Source: Camelus ferus (taxonomy: Eukaryota). Taken from it: 64,000 nucleotides of DNA. The stretch covers positions 28,894,001-28,958,000 of the forward strand of contig NC_045697.1 of assembly GCF_009834535.1 (NCBI RefSeq). Reading direction: 5' to 3'. Made by a program: the position numbers and the translations under genes. How positions within the stretch are numbered: position 1 is the first letter of the stretch; every line of letters starts with the position of its first letter. The notes under the pieces were generated by a model. The model worked only from the letters and a program-made list of their open reading frames with translations, made no database searches and was not told the origin of the DNA. Shown piece after piece: positions 24,811 through 37,150 of this stretch.

Positions 24811-26379
24811 TGAATAGGCCTGGACCTTTAACATGTAAATCTCCTAACTCACCTTTGGTTTTTAACTTTTAAGCCCCCTCACCCCTATTTGTCCTATCTG
24901 CATAACTAGGTTGGGGGAGGGTATGAATGTAGGAGGTGGGAAGGGGTCAGGGTGCAATTGTCAGCATTTCTGTTGGTAGGCAGGAGGGTGGAAAGAAGCT
25001 ATGAATACTCCCACAGTGATAATCTTGTTCCTGTTACACATGAGGAATTTCTGAAAGGTTTTATAAGAAACCATGTAGAGCAGGTTACCTTAGGGGTGGG
25101 TCTGGGGAGTCAGAGGTGGGAGAGGGAGATTTTACTTTCATTGTCTGAACAGATTAAAAAAAAAACTGTGTGTATTGCTTTTAGAATATTAAAATGTATA
25201 TATATTAGATGCATATTTTAAAATATAGGGAAAATGTCATACGTGATAGAGTGAATTATCTAGTGTGTATCTTATGTGTATTATTCACTGTAGGCTGCTT
25301 TGCCAAATGTTATAGTTAGATAATTTAGCTGATCTCTGTGATGATACAATATTTTCAGGAAAAGCATTAATATACCTTTCCAAGCTGTTAGAGGGCTACT
25401 TTGATTGCTAGAAGAAAGGGTAGGGGCAGATCCTGGAGATGGAATATGTAATAGGAATTCCAGAGTGAATTCTAAGGGAAAAGTCAAATTTAATAGATAT
25501 AAATTATCCTGAGCTGAATAAAGACTTGAATTTGCAGTTGAAAATACACTGAGTTCTAAGCATGATTGATGAGAACAGGCACACATTTAAATATATTCTT
25601 TCAGAATTCCTGAATCCCAAGGTTGAAGAGAGAAATCTTTTAAGTTTCTAGACAGAAATAAGAAATTATTTATAAAAGGAAAAGACTCAGACGGGCATCA
25701 GACAGTGGAATAATGTCTATACCTACTGACAGCAGAGATGTTACCTCAGAAGTCTCTCTCCCGCCTCGCATCATTCACTTGCCAGTATGAAAGGGATGCA
25801 GAAATGTAAAGACACCAGGAATATATCACTCATAGGCCCCATCCAAGGAAGCCATAAAAAGAGGAGTTTAGCTAAACAACAAAATAATGAGAACAGAGAT
25901 CTCAAGAAAGGAGAAGGTGAAGTAGAAAGGAAAAAGTGGTGAGTGAACAGTGAACAGTGAATAATATGGATAATGATAGATTGGCTAGAAATGTGTACTG
26001 TATATGTTAAATAAATACTCATAAGGAAAATGAGACTCACCTATTGAGAGCCTGGAAGTAGAAGTTGCAAAATTTCTCAGCAAAACCCAAGTGGTGGGGT
26101 TTGAGGAAGAGGATTGGAAATTAAAAGCATTCCAAAAATATTATCTTATTGAGGTGAAGGGAAAGTATCAGGAAATAGACTAACATGGTGAGGAAACAGT
26201 ATCTAAGACTAGTAATAAAATATATGTTTTGTGATGCACATTAAAAAAGAAAATAACCACTAGTGGAATGGGAAAGCAGAATATCATTTGAAGTTTGTAA
26301 GGAGAAAAGGGAAAAAATTATCACTTGATCATACTAGTAAATACAAATTAAAGGAAAAAGGGAAATTAATGAAGTAAGG

Positions 26380-27525
26380 TCAATAGTAAACATAGGCAAG
26401 AGAGAAGAAATAAATTAAGAATATTAGTGATTATATTAAATGCAAATGACCTCAATTTTCCTATCAAAAGACAGAGATCGCCATGTTAGGTTAAAAACAA
26501 ACTCAGCTATATGCTGTCTTCAAGAAGCTCACAAAATGTAATAAAAATTATTATAAAATAAAGAGATTGAAAAAGCAGTACCACAGAAATGCAAACAAAT
26601 TAAAACTAGGAGAAGCAATATTAATATCAGACAAGGTGGAACTATTAATGAACAGGAAGAAGAACAATGCCTATAAAAGATGTAACATACAGAGATATGC
26701 ATCAAACAATATAATAGCTAAATATTATAAGAACATAAATGTATGGATAACTAAATATATGTAAGGACAACTTCTTAAAAATAAAATTAGAGTAGATTTT
26801 TATTATACCTCTTTCAGAACTAGACTGATCTAGTAGAGACAAAATAAGAAAGACTACACAAAGATTAATATAATCAACATATATACATTAATAAATATAT
26901 ACAGAACCTTACATTCTTCAAACAGAGAATACATATATATTTCACAGTGGCCATTGACTATGTATGAAAACTAGTCAGAAACTTTGCCACCAAAAATCCC
27001 AATAATAAAATTTAAAAGTTGAAAATTTTGTAGGTCACATTATCTGATGAAATAAGAAGTAAATTAATGAAATTAAAAATAAAAATTTAAAAGATAATTT
27101 AACTAATTTGAAATTTAGGACTACCCTCCTGTGATCATTTTATAATATATACAAGTGTCAAATCATTGTGTTGTACACCTGAAACTAACATAGGGTTGTA
27201 TGTCAATTATACCTCATAAAAATATTAAAATGAAAAAAATCCATCCAAAAAAAAAGAAGGGCTACCTTCCTAAATAATCCTTGCATCAAATTAGAAACTA
27301 AAACTAAAATTGTAAACTTTCTAAAGTGGAAAAGGAAAACCCACAAAGCCAAATCTACAAGACCCAATGAAAACTACGCAAAGATCAGAACTACAAGAAC
27401 TCAGTGTTTATCTTAAAAAATTAGAAAAAGAACCAAAAAGACAGCAGAAGAAGGAATTAATAAAAAGAAAGGCTTAAATTAATGAAACGTAGAAAACAGT
27501 AGTAAAGGTAAGTAAATCAAAAGCA
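26380..27525 (+). mobile_element. Ancient L1M ORF2 endonuclease region (degraded)
   Basis: ttaaatgcaaatgacctcaattttcctatcaaaagacagaga..atatgctgtcttcaagaagctcac and gcaatattaatatcagacaa resemble L1 EN motifs (LNVNGLN, CCLQETH, AILISDK). Confidence 0.75.
27131..27257 (+). mobile_element. Short 5'-truncated younger L1 3' end with TSD
   Basis: tgttgtacacctgaaactaac..tatgtcaattatacctca plus an A-tail. TSD aggactaccctcct (27117-27130) / agggctaccttcct (27258-27271). Confidence 0.85.
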
Positions 27526-27569
27526 CCCCCCACCCCCCGCCAAAGATAAAGAATATGGACCCTGTGGGT

Positions 27570-28077
27570 CAGGGATGCGGACAAGTCTCGGCAGAGATTA
27601 CATGCATGTTGGAGGTGGTTTACTCTCCATGGTGTCCGAGGCATCATTTGGGAGACAAAGCTAAGGGTGACTTGATGGAAGGGATCTGGAATTATCTGAA
27701 GGCTCGTTCACTCACATGTCTGGCCGTTTGGCTGTTGGCTGAGACTTTAACTGGAACTGTCAGTAAGAAATTCTACACCAGGTTTCCCAATGTAGCTCGG
27801 GCTCCCTCACAACATGGTGCTGGTGAGAGAGAAAGAGAGGGAGACGGGGAGACGGGGAGAGAAGCAGGCGGAAGATGTGTCATCTTTTCTAATCTCATTT
27901 TAGATGTCACAAGCCATCACTTTTGCCACATTCTATTTGTCAAGGCAGTCACAGGCACTGTGGGTTCAAGAGGAGGGGAACCAGATCCCACATTTTTAGG
28001 GGTCAGTGGCAAGGTTCTGGAAGAACACGTGGGACAGGACACATTGTGGCTATTTTTGGAAAATACAATCTTCCACA
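27570..28077. mobile_element. MLT1 (E/F-like) MaLR LTR
   Basis: ctcactcacatgtctggc, catcacttttgccacattctatt and ggaaaatacaatcttccaca. Confidence 0.75.
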
Positions 28078-30356
28078 GATTCTTACCAGTTAAGGCATGC
28101 CATGATGTATGGTTGTTAAGCAATCAAACAATAAAATCAGAAAAGGGTATATAATATAATTCTATTTTTGTAAAACAGTTAATGGCAACTCCAATATGTG
28201 TATACTTATGATTATATGAACAAGACGAAGGCTACGTAAAGATAAACAGCAGGTAGTTAACTTTGGTTGAGGGGCCAGATGGAGGGTGGAGGTAAACAAG
28301 AAGATAAAAGTACACGCCTATCTGCCTACGTACAGATGAATATAAGAAAGTGCTAGGTTTGGAGAGTGGGTGTGGCAATGTTGGATGTGTATGTGGGTTC
28401 TGAAGAACGGTGGAAAGGGCTGTGATATGGACCAGATGTCGTGGGCTTCACAAGCAGCATTATCTCTAAGGAGCTCTTACAATTAATTAAGATTGGGCAA
28501 TTTCCAATTTTATTGCCTATGTTTACAGAAATAGACTTGAGTCAAAATGATCACCCTGTTGATATCAAGGAAGATTGTTTTGATTTTCTTAAAAAAGATC
28601 TTTTTCCCCAAATTTTATCTTTGCTCTACCATTATTTAAAAAAGAGTATCTTGTTGGTGTAAACTCTAAATGATGAGGCCAATGTCTGATGCTTACATCC
28701 ACTTTATGGTTTCAACATTTTAAGTCTAACTAGTTATAAATGAGAGTGGAAGGATTACTTTCTGATGTCGAAGTGCTGCATTCCCCTTGGAATACCAGTA
28801 CTGATTTTTGTTTCTCAACGTGTAAGTGATGTTATCTGTACTTGTTAGCACACACATAGGTGTTGATTATCCACACCTTTCCTTCTTTCCTTTGCTTGCT
28901 TGTTTTGGGGTTTTGTCCTAATCACAACTACTCTGACGAGGTTGGGGAGAGGAAGAAGAAAAAGAGTCTGAACACAAATCCAAGGACTGTTGCTTTATCT
29001 GGAGTTCTTGGGTAAGGCTTGCTTGCACGAGGTTGAAATCAAGGTTGAAGCGTAAGCCAGCCAAGGAGTTCACTAACATCCCAGATGTGGATTCTCTCCC
29101 TAATGGCAGCAATAATTCAGAATAGAATGTGATACACTTGAAGATCTTATTATGACTTTACCAGCAGGGATCAGAAATAAGCCCATGAATCCAGCACAAC
29201 TTCTTCAAGAGCGTGCTGGTAGATAATGCTTTATGCATTTTTCCTTTATTACCCACTTCTGATGAGGCTCAGAATACTAACCAGATATCTTTGAGGTTTA
29301 AAAGGAATCCCTGTATCTTTTCTACACCAAAATTTAGCAACTGGATGACATAGAGTCTTCACTCTAATGCACCCTCAATCATTAACCTTAAATTTTTTTT
29401 ACCTACTCGTTACACACTTACACGCACTAACCATCCCAATGTAAGGGTTCATTGTGGTAAAAGATTGAAAGATTACAGGTAAAACAGAAAACGCACTAGG
29501 TAGACTTCTAATGAGGATACATGAGTGAGCTCAGCAGATCTTATCTGTTTTTGTGCTCTAATTGAAAATTGTTGACTATATATATATTTTCAGCTGTATC
29601 TTTTTTGCCAGATGCTACCAAATGAGATCATTTCCTGTTCAATAGCTATGTTGAGTTATGCATTAACTTAAACGATTGAGTTAATGTGTCATGGGCCATT
29701 TATGAAGAGCAACTGTATTTCAAATATCCTCATTTTGTTCAGTGATGTCTTCTCTACTTTAGTTCCTGTTTGGTGTTTGGAAAGGGATTGAAACTAGTAA
29801 ATGATATGAAGTAGATATTTTACATGTATACAATTGAGAGATTTAATTGTTTTTTGGGACTTGTTTGAAAATTCAGTTTTATATTTCAGTGAAAGCAGAT
29901 GCCAATCTGCTTTATTTAGTGGTATTCGGTTTAATGCTTGTATCGGTTATGTTGGGGTTTGGTGGAGACGTTCAGATGTGTTTAGCCTGTCTCACTGGGC
30001 TGCGTATTTAAAGGACCGGGCTCTCACTTTTCTCAGTCTGTTTCCTGCCTTTGGCAAAGCCCTCCACAATGAAGGTCCAGAACCTGCTATCATCGTCCTT
30101 GTTTACTGTGGACCTATCCCTGCTGCCAGGAAGTGGACAGGAAAATAGGATTCGAGCTTCAGAGAAGCCTGCTGGCCCCTTGGCAGGATGTGAGTGCCAT
30201 CTCGCACCTTGTGCTGCTGTGACTGGTGTCCCTGCTCCTTTGCCCCCAGGGATAATGTGGGTGCTAATCCCCAAGCAACGTGGCCAGAGAAGCAGTTCAA
30301 GGCTGCCTGATGGTGTCTGGACTTAGCTTTGGGTTATCCCCTACAATGTGGCTGGG

Positions 30357-30773
30357 CATTACGGGCTGAATTGTATTCTCCCAAAATTCACATCTTGAAG
30401 TTCGAACTCCCAGTACCTCACAATGTGGTCTTCCTTGGAGGCAGTGTCTTTACAGAGGTAATCAAGTTAAAATGGGTCATTTGGGTGCTCCCTAATCCAA
30501 TACACTGGTGTCCTTATAAAAAGGGGAATTTGGACCCAGAGCTCCGCATAGGAGGGATAGAATGTAAAGAAACCCAGGGATTAGAAGGCCATCTACAACC
30601 AAGAAGAGAGGGGCCAGGAACAGACCCTTCCCTCACAGCCTCGGAAGGAATCAGCCCTGCTGACACGTCGCTCTTGGACTTCCAGCCTCCAGACGCACGA
30701 GATGACACATTTCTGTTGTTTAAGCCACCCAGCCTGTAGCGCTTTGTTAGGGCAGCCCCAGCAAACTAATATA
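30357..30773 (+). mobile_element. MLT1B-like MaLR solo LTR
   Basis: gggctgaattg..cccaaaattca..gaggtaatcaagttaaaatg..ttctgttgtttaagccaccca..gcaaactaata. TSD ctggg (30352-30356) / gtggg (30774-30778). Confidence 0.88.
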
Positions 30774-31810
30774 GTGGGTTTAAATCAATTCAACTCAGCT
30801 GCATTTAAGTCTGTGAGAGTGACCATTTCACTATAACGTTCCCAGCAATATATAGTCTAATCTTCAATACCCAGCACATAGCCTGTGTTAATGTTTGATG
30901 ACTAAGTGAACAAATAATTACATTGCATCTATGATGTTCCAAAGCTAAGAATTTTGTCTTTTTGCAAAAGCACCACCCAGTTTTCCCTGTAGGTGTCTTT
31001 GGGAGTGGGTCCAATTGACACTTCCCAGGTGTTGTGTATTTGCTCCCCCAACTCCTTATCCCAGACTCTACCTATACCCAGTCTACTCTCACTGTCAGTA
31101 GAGGGCATCCCTTGCAATCAGGCCAACTTTCCTTCCAGCCCCTTGTCTCCTCGGAGGGACCAGTTTAAGAAAACTGTCTGTTATCCCACCTCAGTAAATT
31201 GCTCAGATCCTGGATATTAGCCAACCCATAACCCAAAGTTGCAAAAGGCAGTTGGCTGCCCTAACTCCCGGTCATCTCTGGGAGGTTTCCTATGAAGACA
31301 AAGAACCTTGCTTAGAATACAGCTGATCAAATGTGATCTCTGCCATGTTAGGTACTCCAGGGGTTCGGAATAGCAGGAAAGACAATAGGACACATAACTG
31401 CTATACTACAAGGCAGCATTTATGATACATACTGCAATAAAGATATGGGGAGAAGGTGATAGGGAAACAGGAGTAAGTTTATTTTGACTGGCAGGGCCCG
31501 GAAAAGGTTCGTGGAAGATGGAGCACCTAAGCAGGGTTTTGACAGATGGAATTAGAGGTACATGTGCTCTGTGCAAGGACAAAATGTATATAAGGGCTCA
31601 GAGTGATGGTCAATATATTCCCAATGATGCCTTCCCTTGTGAAGGGAGCCTGAAAACAGGCTGACCTTCAGCAGGAATACATCAGTGTGAGGGGGCCGGT
31701 TACATTCAAATTGTTTTTTTTTTTTCCTTATTTCTTTTTTTCTCTCCAGAACTGATTACAAGAAATAGAAGGTACAGATTTAAAGTTTATACCCATAAAA
31801 CTTTTTTGAT

Positions 31811-31978
31811 TTTTTTTAATTGAAGTATAATTGATTTACAATTTTGTGTTAGTTTCAGGTGTACAGCAAAGTGATTCAGTTATACATATATATTCTTTTT
31901 CAGATTTTTTTTCTATTATAGGTTATTATAAGATATTGAATATAGTTCCCTGTGCAGTAGGTCCTTGTTGTTTATCTT
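31811..31978 (-). mobile_element. Artiodactyl-type L1 3' end, truncated
   Basis: ttttaattgaagtataattgatttacaat..tttcaggtgtacagcaaagtgattcagttata..gatattgaatatagttccctgtgc. Confidence 0.85.
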
Positions 31979-32347
31979 AATTTATTTCTGATTATAAAAG
32001 AATACAACTTGTGAGAAAAACACTGAAAAAAAGAAAATAGAATTTTAAAACTCTCCATTAATCCCATTTAAAACAAACAAACAAAAATGCATTTTGGTGA
32101 TCTTCCTCTTCCCATTTTCTGCTGTGTATATAAATTAAATATTTAAACACTTGAGATCATACTTTGCATATATTTTTGTATCCTGTGTTTTACCAAGGAA
32201 GTTAAACTATGCATCTTTTCTTATGTTATTAAAAGCATTGATAATAGTTATAAACATATTCTGTATATAGATTACTATAATGTAATTTATTTTCCTATTG
32301 TTGGACATTCATGCTGATCACAATTTTCATCATTAATAATGTGATGA

Positions 32348-32492
32348 GGGGGGAGGGTATAGCTCAGTGGTAGAGTGCATGCTTAGTAAGCACAAGGTCC
32401 TGGGTTCAATCCCTAGTGCTTCCATTAAAATAAATTAATAAACCTAATTAACCCCCGAAATAAAGAAATAATAATAATTTTAAAAATTAAAA
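32348..32492 (+). mobile_element. tRNA-Ala-derived SINE (vic-1 type) with TSD
   Basis: GGGGGGAGGGTATAGCTCAGTGGTAGAG...GGTTCAATCCCTAGTGCTTCCA plus an AT-rich tail. Imperfect TSD aataatgtgatga (32335-32347) / aaaaatttgatga (32493-32505). Confidence 0.88.
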
Positions 32493-34454
32493 AAAAATTT
32501 GATGAACATTTGTCTCGATTTCTGATTATTTCCAAAACTAGGTTCCTAGGTTCCATTGACTCTCTTGTTATCGCCTTTCTTCTTTGATTAGATCATTGCT
32601 TGTCATTCCAGGGTTGAAGTGGGTGTAATTGCAACCAAAAAAAAAAAAAAAAAAAAAAAAACCCTCTCCAGGTGAGTCTGATAAGCAAGCAAGCTCTCCC
32701 CTAGCTCCAGTTAAGAATTGCAGGATTAAGGCAATGAAGTCACTCCGTGGTGACTGGGAGAGGATATGAGGGCAGGAGCCATAATAAAGTTTCCAATAAC
32801 TGTAACATGTCTTTTCACTGAGTTAACTTTAATTATTCAAGCTCTCTGTGTTTGCATCTAGAATTCAATGTCAAAACAGATGTTGCCAACAGCCAGCCTT
32901 GTTCTGCCTTCTAGAACTTTCCTCCAGTGAGGGAGGAGGAGGCCTGGGGCAGTGCCCAGCTGAAGCTCGACTTGGAAAGCAGAATTTGCACAGTATTTTG
33001 GAATTGGGGTGCTTATGAAAGGGGATGGCTGACTAGGTTCTTTGTGGGATATTAGGTGATCTGGTATCATGCAGAGGGAAGGAAGGGAGGGAAAGAGGTA
33101 GTTCTTCCTTGCTTTGCTTTTTAAGACTTCTTGCTCAGCTAGAGCATAGACTTAGTGTGAGGCTATCTGACTTGTTAATATCAGACAAATTATCTCATTA
33201 TCTGTCATCTGAGCCTTCATTTGTAGCATGAAGGATTTTGGCTCTCCTCAAGGCTGCTTCCAGTTCTAAGGTTCTGTCATTTCTCCCCACAGTCATCTGA
33301 CACAGGCCTTTTCTTGTGAGAGCAGGTCTTACTTTTATAAATCATATGTCACCTCGATGTCTGTTGGGGGTGACCTTGTCCTTTGAAATTCAGATTAAAT
33401 TGCCACAACTAAATGTTTTTATTATGAGATGAGAATAACTCAAAAGAAAGAGACTAAGCATTTAACTTAAGCAGCTTAAAAGAAAACAAAGAACAAAATA
33501 AATCAAAGAAAGTAAGAGGGAGATGAACTGTTTACTCGGAAATGAGTATAATCAAAAAGCAGTCCTTACCTTCTGTTGCCTATCAGTGTCAATATGAATG
33601 AAATAGAGAAAACTGAAAATGAATGAATTAGAAAATAAAGATATAACAAGAGTTGGTAAGTAAAAGCAAAAGCTGTTCCTCAGGATAGGTTAGTGTTTTA
33701 GAGAAAACTCTGGCAAGACTCACCAGGAAAAAGACAAAAAAAATTCAGCTTTAGGAACAAAAAAAATATACATATGGAAGATTAAGGAATTACAAGAACT
33801 AAGAGTACCCAGTACTCCGGCAGCATGTGCCTTTTTGGTAGATTTCAGTGATTATTAACAAAATGTGGGCATACTTTATCATTGTAAAAACAATGAACAA
33901 ACTTGATCTTCAGCTAAAATGCATAACAAGGACAATGATCAAGGTCTCCAGATAACAACATAAAGTTGTGCAGGACTAAGCAAAAAGTTTTCAAAGTTTT
34001 TGAAAGGTTTGCACACAGGGTCATCCCTGAGACTTGCTCGGTGTGTAAGCTAAATGCATAGGTAACGAGCTTCCTTTGAATGTTATTGGCACATTTGCCT
34101 CGGATGGAATAAGATGGGTTTGTGCAGCTGCTGTTTGGGAGCCTTGTCAGGGCAAGACTCACAGCTGAAAAATACAATTCCTACCTCATGCTCTTCTATT
34201 TGCCTCTAACTTGCTGGGGTTTTGCTACTGGTACTTGTATGTGATTTGCTATGTGGCCCTCTGAACTTCTCATCTGCAGTCTTCAGTTTTCTGTCTGTCT
34301 TCAGTTGCAGAGTTTCATTTTTACTGATCCAGGCAGGTGGCAGAAAGGTTAAGGCCACATACAAGAATTGGATGCATTTCTGGAGCATTTATTTACGAGG
34401 GAGGTATTAAAACATTTTGGAAGACTGCTGTCATTAAGACACAGCAAAATGATA

Positions 34455-34700
34455 CTAGCTAATGTTTATTGAAGATTTCTGTGTTGCAAGGAATGTTCTA
34501 AGCACCTGGTGTGCACTAACTCGTTTAACCCTCCCAAAGCTCTGTGAGGTGTAGACGCTATTATTATCTCCATTTAACAGTTGAGGTAACCAAGGCACAT
34601 AGAAGTTAAATAACTTTCCTTGGGTTGCGCAGCACAATTAGGATTTGAACTCAGGCAGGTTGGCACTAAGGATTATACTCGTTTAACTGTTACATTATTG
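34455..34700 (-). mobile_element. MIR SINE
   Basis: attatctccatttaacagttgaggtaaccaaggcacatagaagttaaataactt core. Confidence 0.8.
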
Positions 34701-34734
34701 CTATGTAATTTTGAAAGAATGATAAATCATAATT

Positions 34735-35500
34735 ATAGGAAAATATTGTTTACACTTTAGAGTGGTAAATAGTCTTTCTAAGCAATCTCTGAAATTAAAA
34801 ACTTGGGCACAGCAAAAGGCACCATAAACAAAATTAAAAGCCAAAGACAGACCTAGAGATATTTTTGTAAAATATACATAGACAAATTATTGATATCTTT
34901 ACTATATAAATGCTTTTTCTAAATCAATATGAAAACAATAAATAATTTAATGGAAAAGATGAGCAGAGGACATAAATATGCATTTCAGAAAATACAAATG
35001 ACCAGTAAATATTTGAAAAGATGTGAAATCTTACTAATTGATTAGCATGATTCCAATTTTAAGCTGACGAAAACAAAAAAGATTTGTAACACCTAGTGTG
35101 GTGAGAGTACAGGCAAAGAGGTGGTCTCATTCATCATTGGCAGACTTATCTGGAATGTAATTTGGTACTATCTCTACAATAAAAAATATATCTACTTGGA
35201 AACCCTGCAAAGTCTCTTCCTGTCATTTATTCCACAAGACTACTTTATTGCACTCAAGCGTTATATTGTTTTGTACAACTATAGCACTGTCTGCAATAGC
35301 AAAAAAGTGAATTTACATCAGTATGGACTACTTAAGTTGATTATGGTACTTCCATAGGATGGAATACTATGTTGTTATTAAAGGATGAGGTTAATCTCTT
35401 TGAAACGATGTCCATGGCATATTGATTGGTTAAAACAAAACAAAAATAAGTTGCCAAACTATATGTCTAGTAAGACTCTATTTCTGGCATTAAGAAAAAT
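34735..35500 (+). mobile_element. Old L1ME 3' fragment
   Basis: caccataaacaaaattaaaag, aaatgaccagtaaatatttgaaaagatg and atggaatactatg motifs. Confidence 0.7.
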
Positions 35501-36089
35501 GATATGCAAAATGAATGTAAACATGCCATCAAAACATGCACAATACTGGCTCTAAAAATCATTCCATATCAAATGAGAAATATAGCATTTCTATCTATTT
35601 TTGAGGAGATTTGGGGAAGCTTATGCTTATTACAAGTTCTAATTTCCAGCTTTCACTGGATGCACGGCCTTTTGCTGTTTCACTTCTGCTGTTGTTTTAT
35701 TCTACCTCAAACCCCTTTCCTTGATTTTTCCAAAAAACCTGCCCACACCAGGCTATTGTGCATATCAGATTTTTACCAAGAATTTGATGGTAACATTAGG
35801 GAATTACATTGTAGCAGAGTACACTAGGTGACTTAAGATTTACTACTAGTAATCTTAAAATTTCTTTTGCCAAATCTTTGTCCCCATCCTCTCCCCCAGA
35901 TAGTCATTAGTGGCCCTGGCTTCTCACCATATTTCTAGCCCTCAGCCCTCTCTTTTTCAGCCTTCTGTTTTCCTTTGCATGCCAGTCCCAGACCTCCAGC
36001 TTTCTGTTCATTTCTTCTGAATTCAGTGATATTGTTGTCATCCCTCTTCTAAAAGCATTTTTATCACTAGCTTATCTCATAAATTCATA

Positions 36090-37150
36090 TGTCAATTAAG
36101 ATGAGGTTAGGTTATGAATGACAGGAAACTCAAAACCAATAATGGGATGTGCAAGCGAGGAGTTTATTTCTGCCTGCAGCGTAGATGGAATCCAGAGGCA
36201 GGCGCTCCAGTGCTTGTGTGGCAGCAACACGCTCATAAGGGACACAGCCTCCCTCTATCTTGTTCCTCCAAGCTCAACTCACAGCTTTCACTTCATGATA
36301 CAAGTTGGCTGCTCAAACTTAAGCATCTAAGAAGGAAAGGACAAAGAAGAGAGCACCTCTTCCTATTAAGGACAGACCTGGAAGTTGCCCACACCTCAGG
36401 AGCCAGAACAAAGCCACATGACTACGTCCAGCTGAAAGGAGGGCTGGGACATATAGCCTTTGTCTTAGGCAGTACTGTGTGCAGTTGAAAATTACTTTCT
36501 ATCACTGAAGAAAGGGATTTGGGGGAAAAACCAAGAGTCTCTATCACAACAAGCAATGTTTATGTTGCACATAAAGAAAGGCTTTTCAGGCATGAAAGAG
36601 TGTTCACTATGACTGGAACAGGACATAAGTTGGGAGATGGGGCTAGAAAGGTAGGTGGGGCCATGTTAGGAAGGGCTTTGAAAATAAAGCTGGGAAGTTT
36701 GAGTTTGGCAACAGGGAGCCAAAGATATTCTTATATCATATAATAAAAATAAAGAGGTAGCGAGTGGGTCAACAATGTTCTGGCTCTGGGTTTCTGCAGT
36801 TTTCTGGGCTTTCCCACTTGTCCCGGGATGACTGCTGTAGCCCTCAGAACACTGCATTCTCATATGACAACAGTCAAAGCCTGAAAGGAAGGCAGGGGCT
36901 GTCTGATGTTTCTCCCTGATCTAACTGGTGAGGAATTCCTTTCCCAGGAACACCCAAGAAGGCTTTCCTGAATATTTCACTGAGTAGAATGGGGTCACAT
37001 GGTTACCCATAGCTGCAAGGGAACCTGGGAAGCCAGGAACCAGAAGAATCTCTTCTACTAGACAGGACATTATGACTCATCCCCTGATTTGGGACACTTT
37101 GCCCATCACCAAATAGAGGTTCTTTCAGCAAGGAAAAGAAAGGACTGTTG
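36090..37150. mobile_element. Two same-orientation old MLT1 LTRs (~36090-36550 and ~36740-37150)
   Basis: Both carry the gtcacatg..agctg(c)aagg..ctggg MLT1 motif (36415-36450 and 36993-37030). Confidence 0.6.

Noticed and set aside
27555..28154. 199-aa ORF
   Set aside because: It lies almost entirely within an MLT1 LTR and shows no recognisable protein features or exon structure.
29191..29219. Hairpin CCAGCAC...GTGCTGG with a TTCAAGAG loop resembling an shRNA vector loop
   Set aside because: The stem is only 7 bp and there is no Pol III promoter, terminator or vector context, so it is a chance match.
30329..30739. 136-aa ORF
   Set aside because: It coincides with the MLT1B-like LTR.
32348..32424. 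tRNA-Ala gene (also the copies at 588-691 and 9203-9298)
   Set aside because: A-rich tails, a TSD, mutated anticodon and acceptor stems, and mutual divergence indicate tRNA-derived SINEs rather than functional tRNAs.
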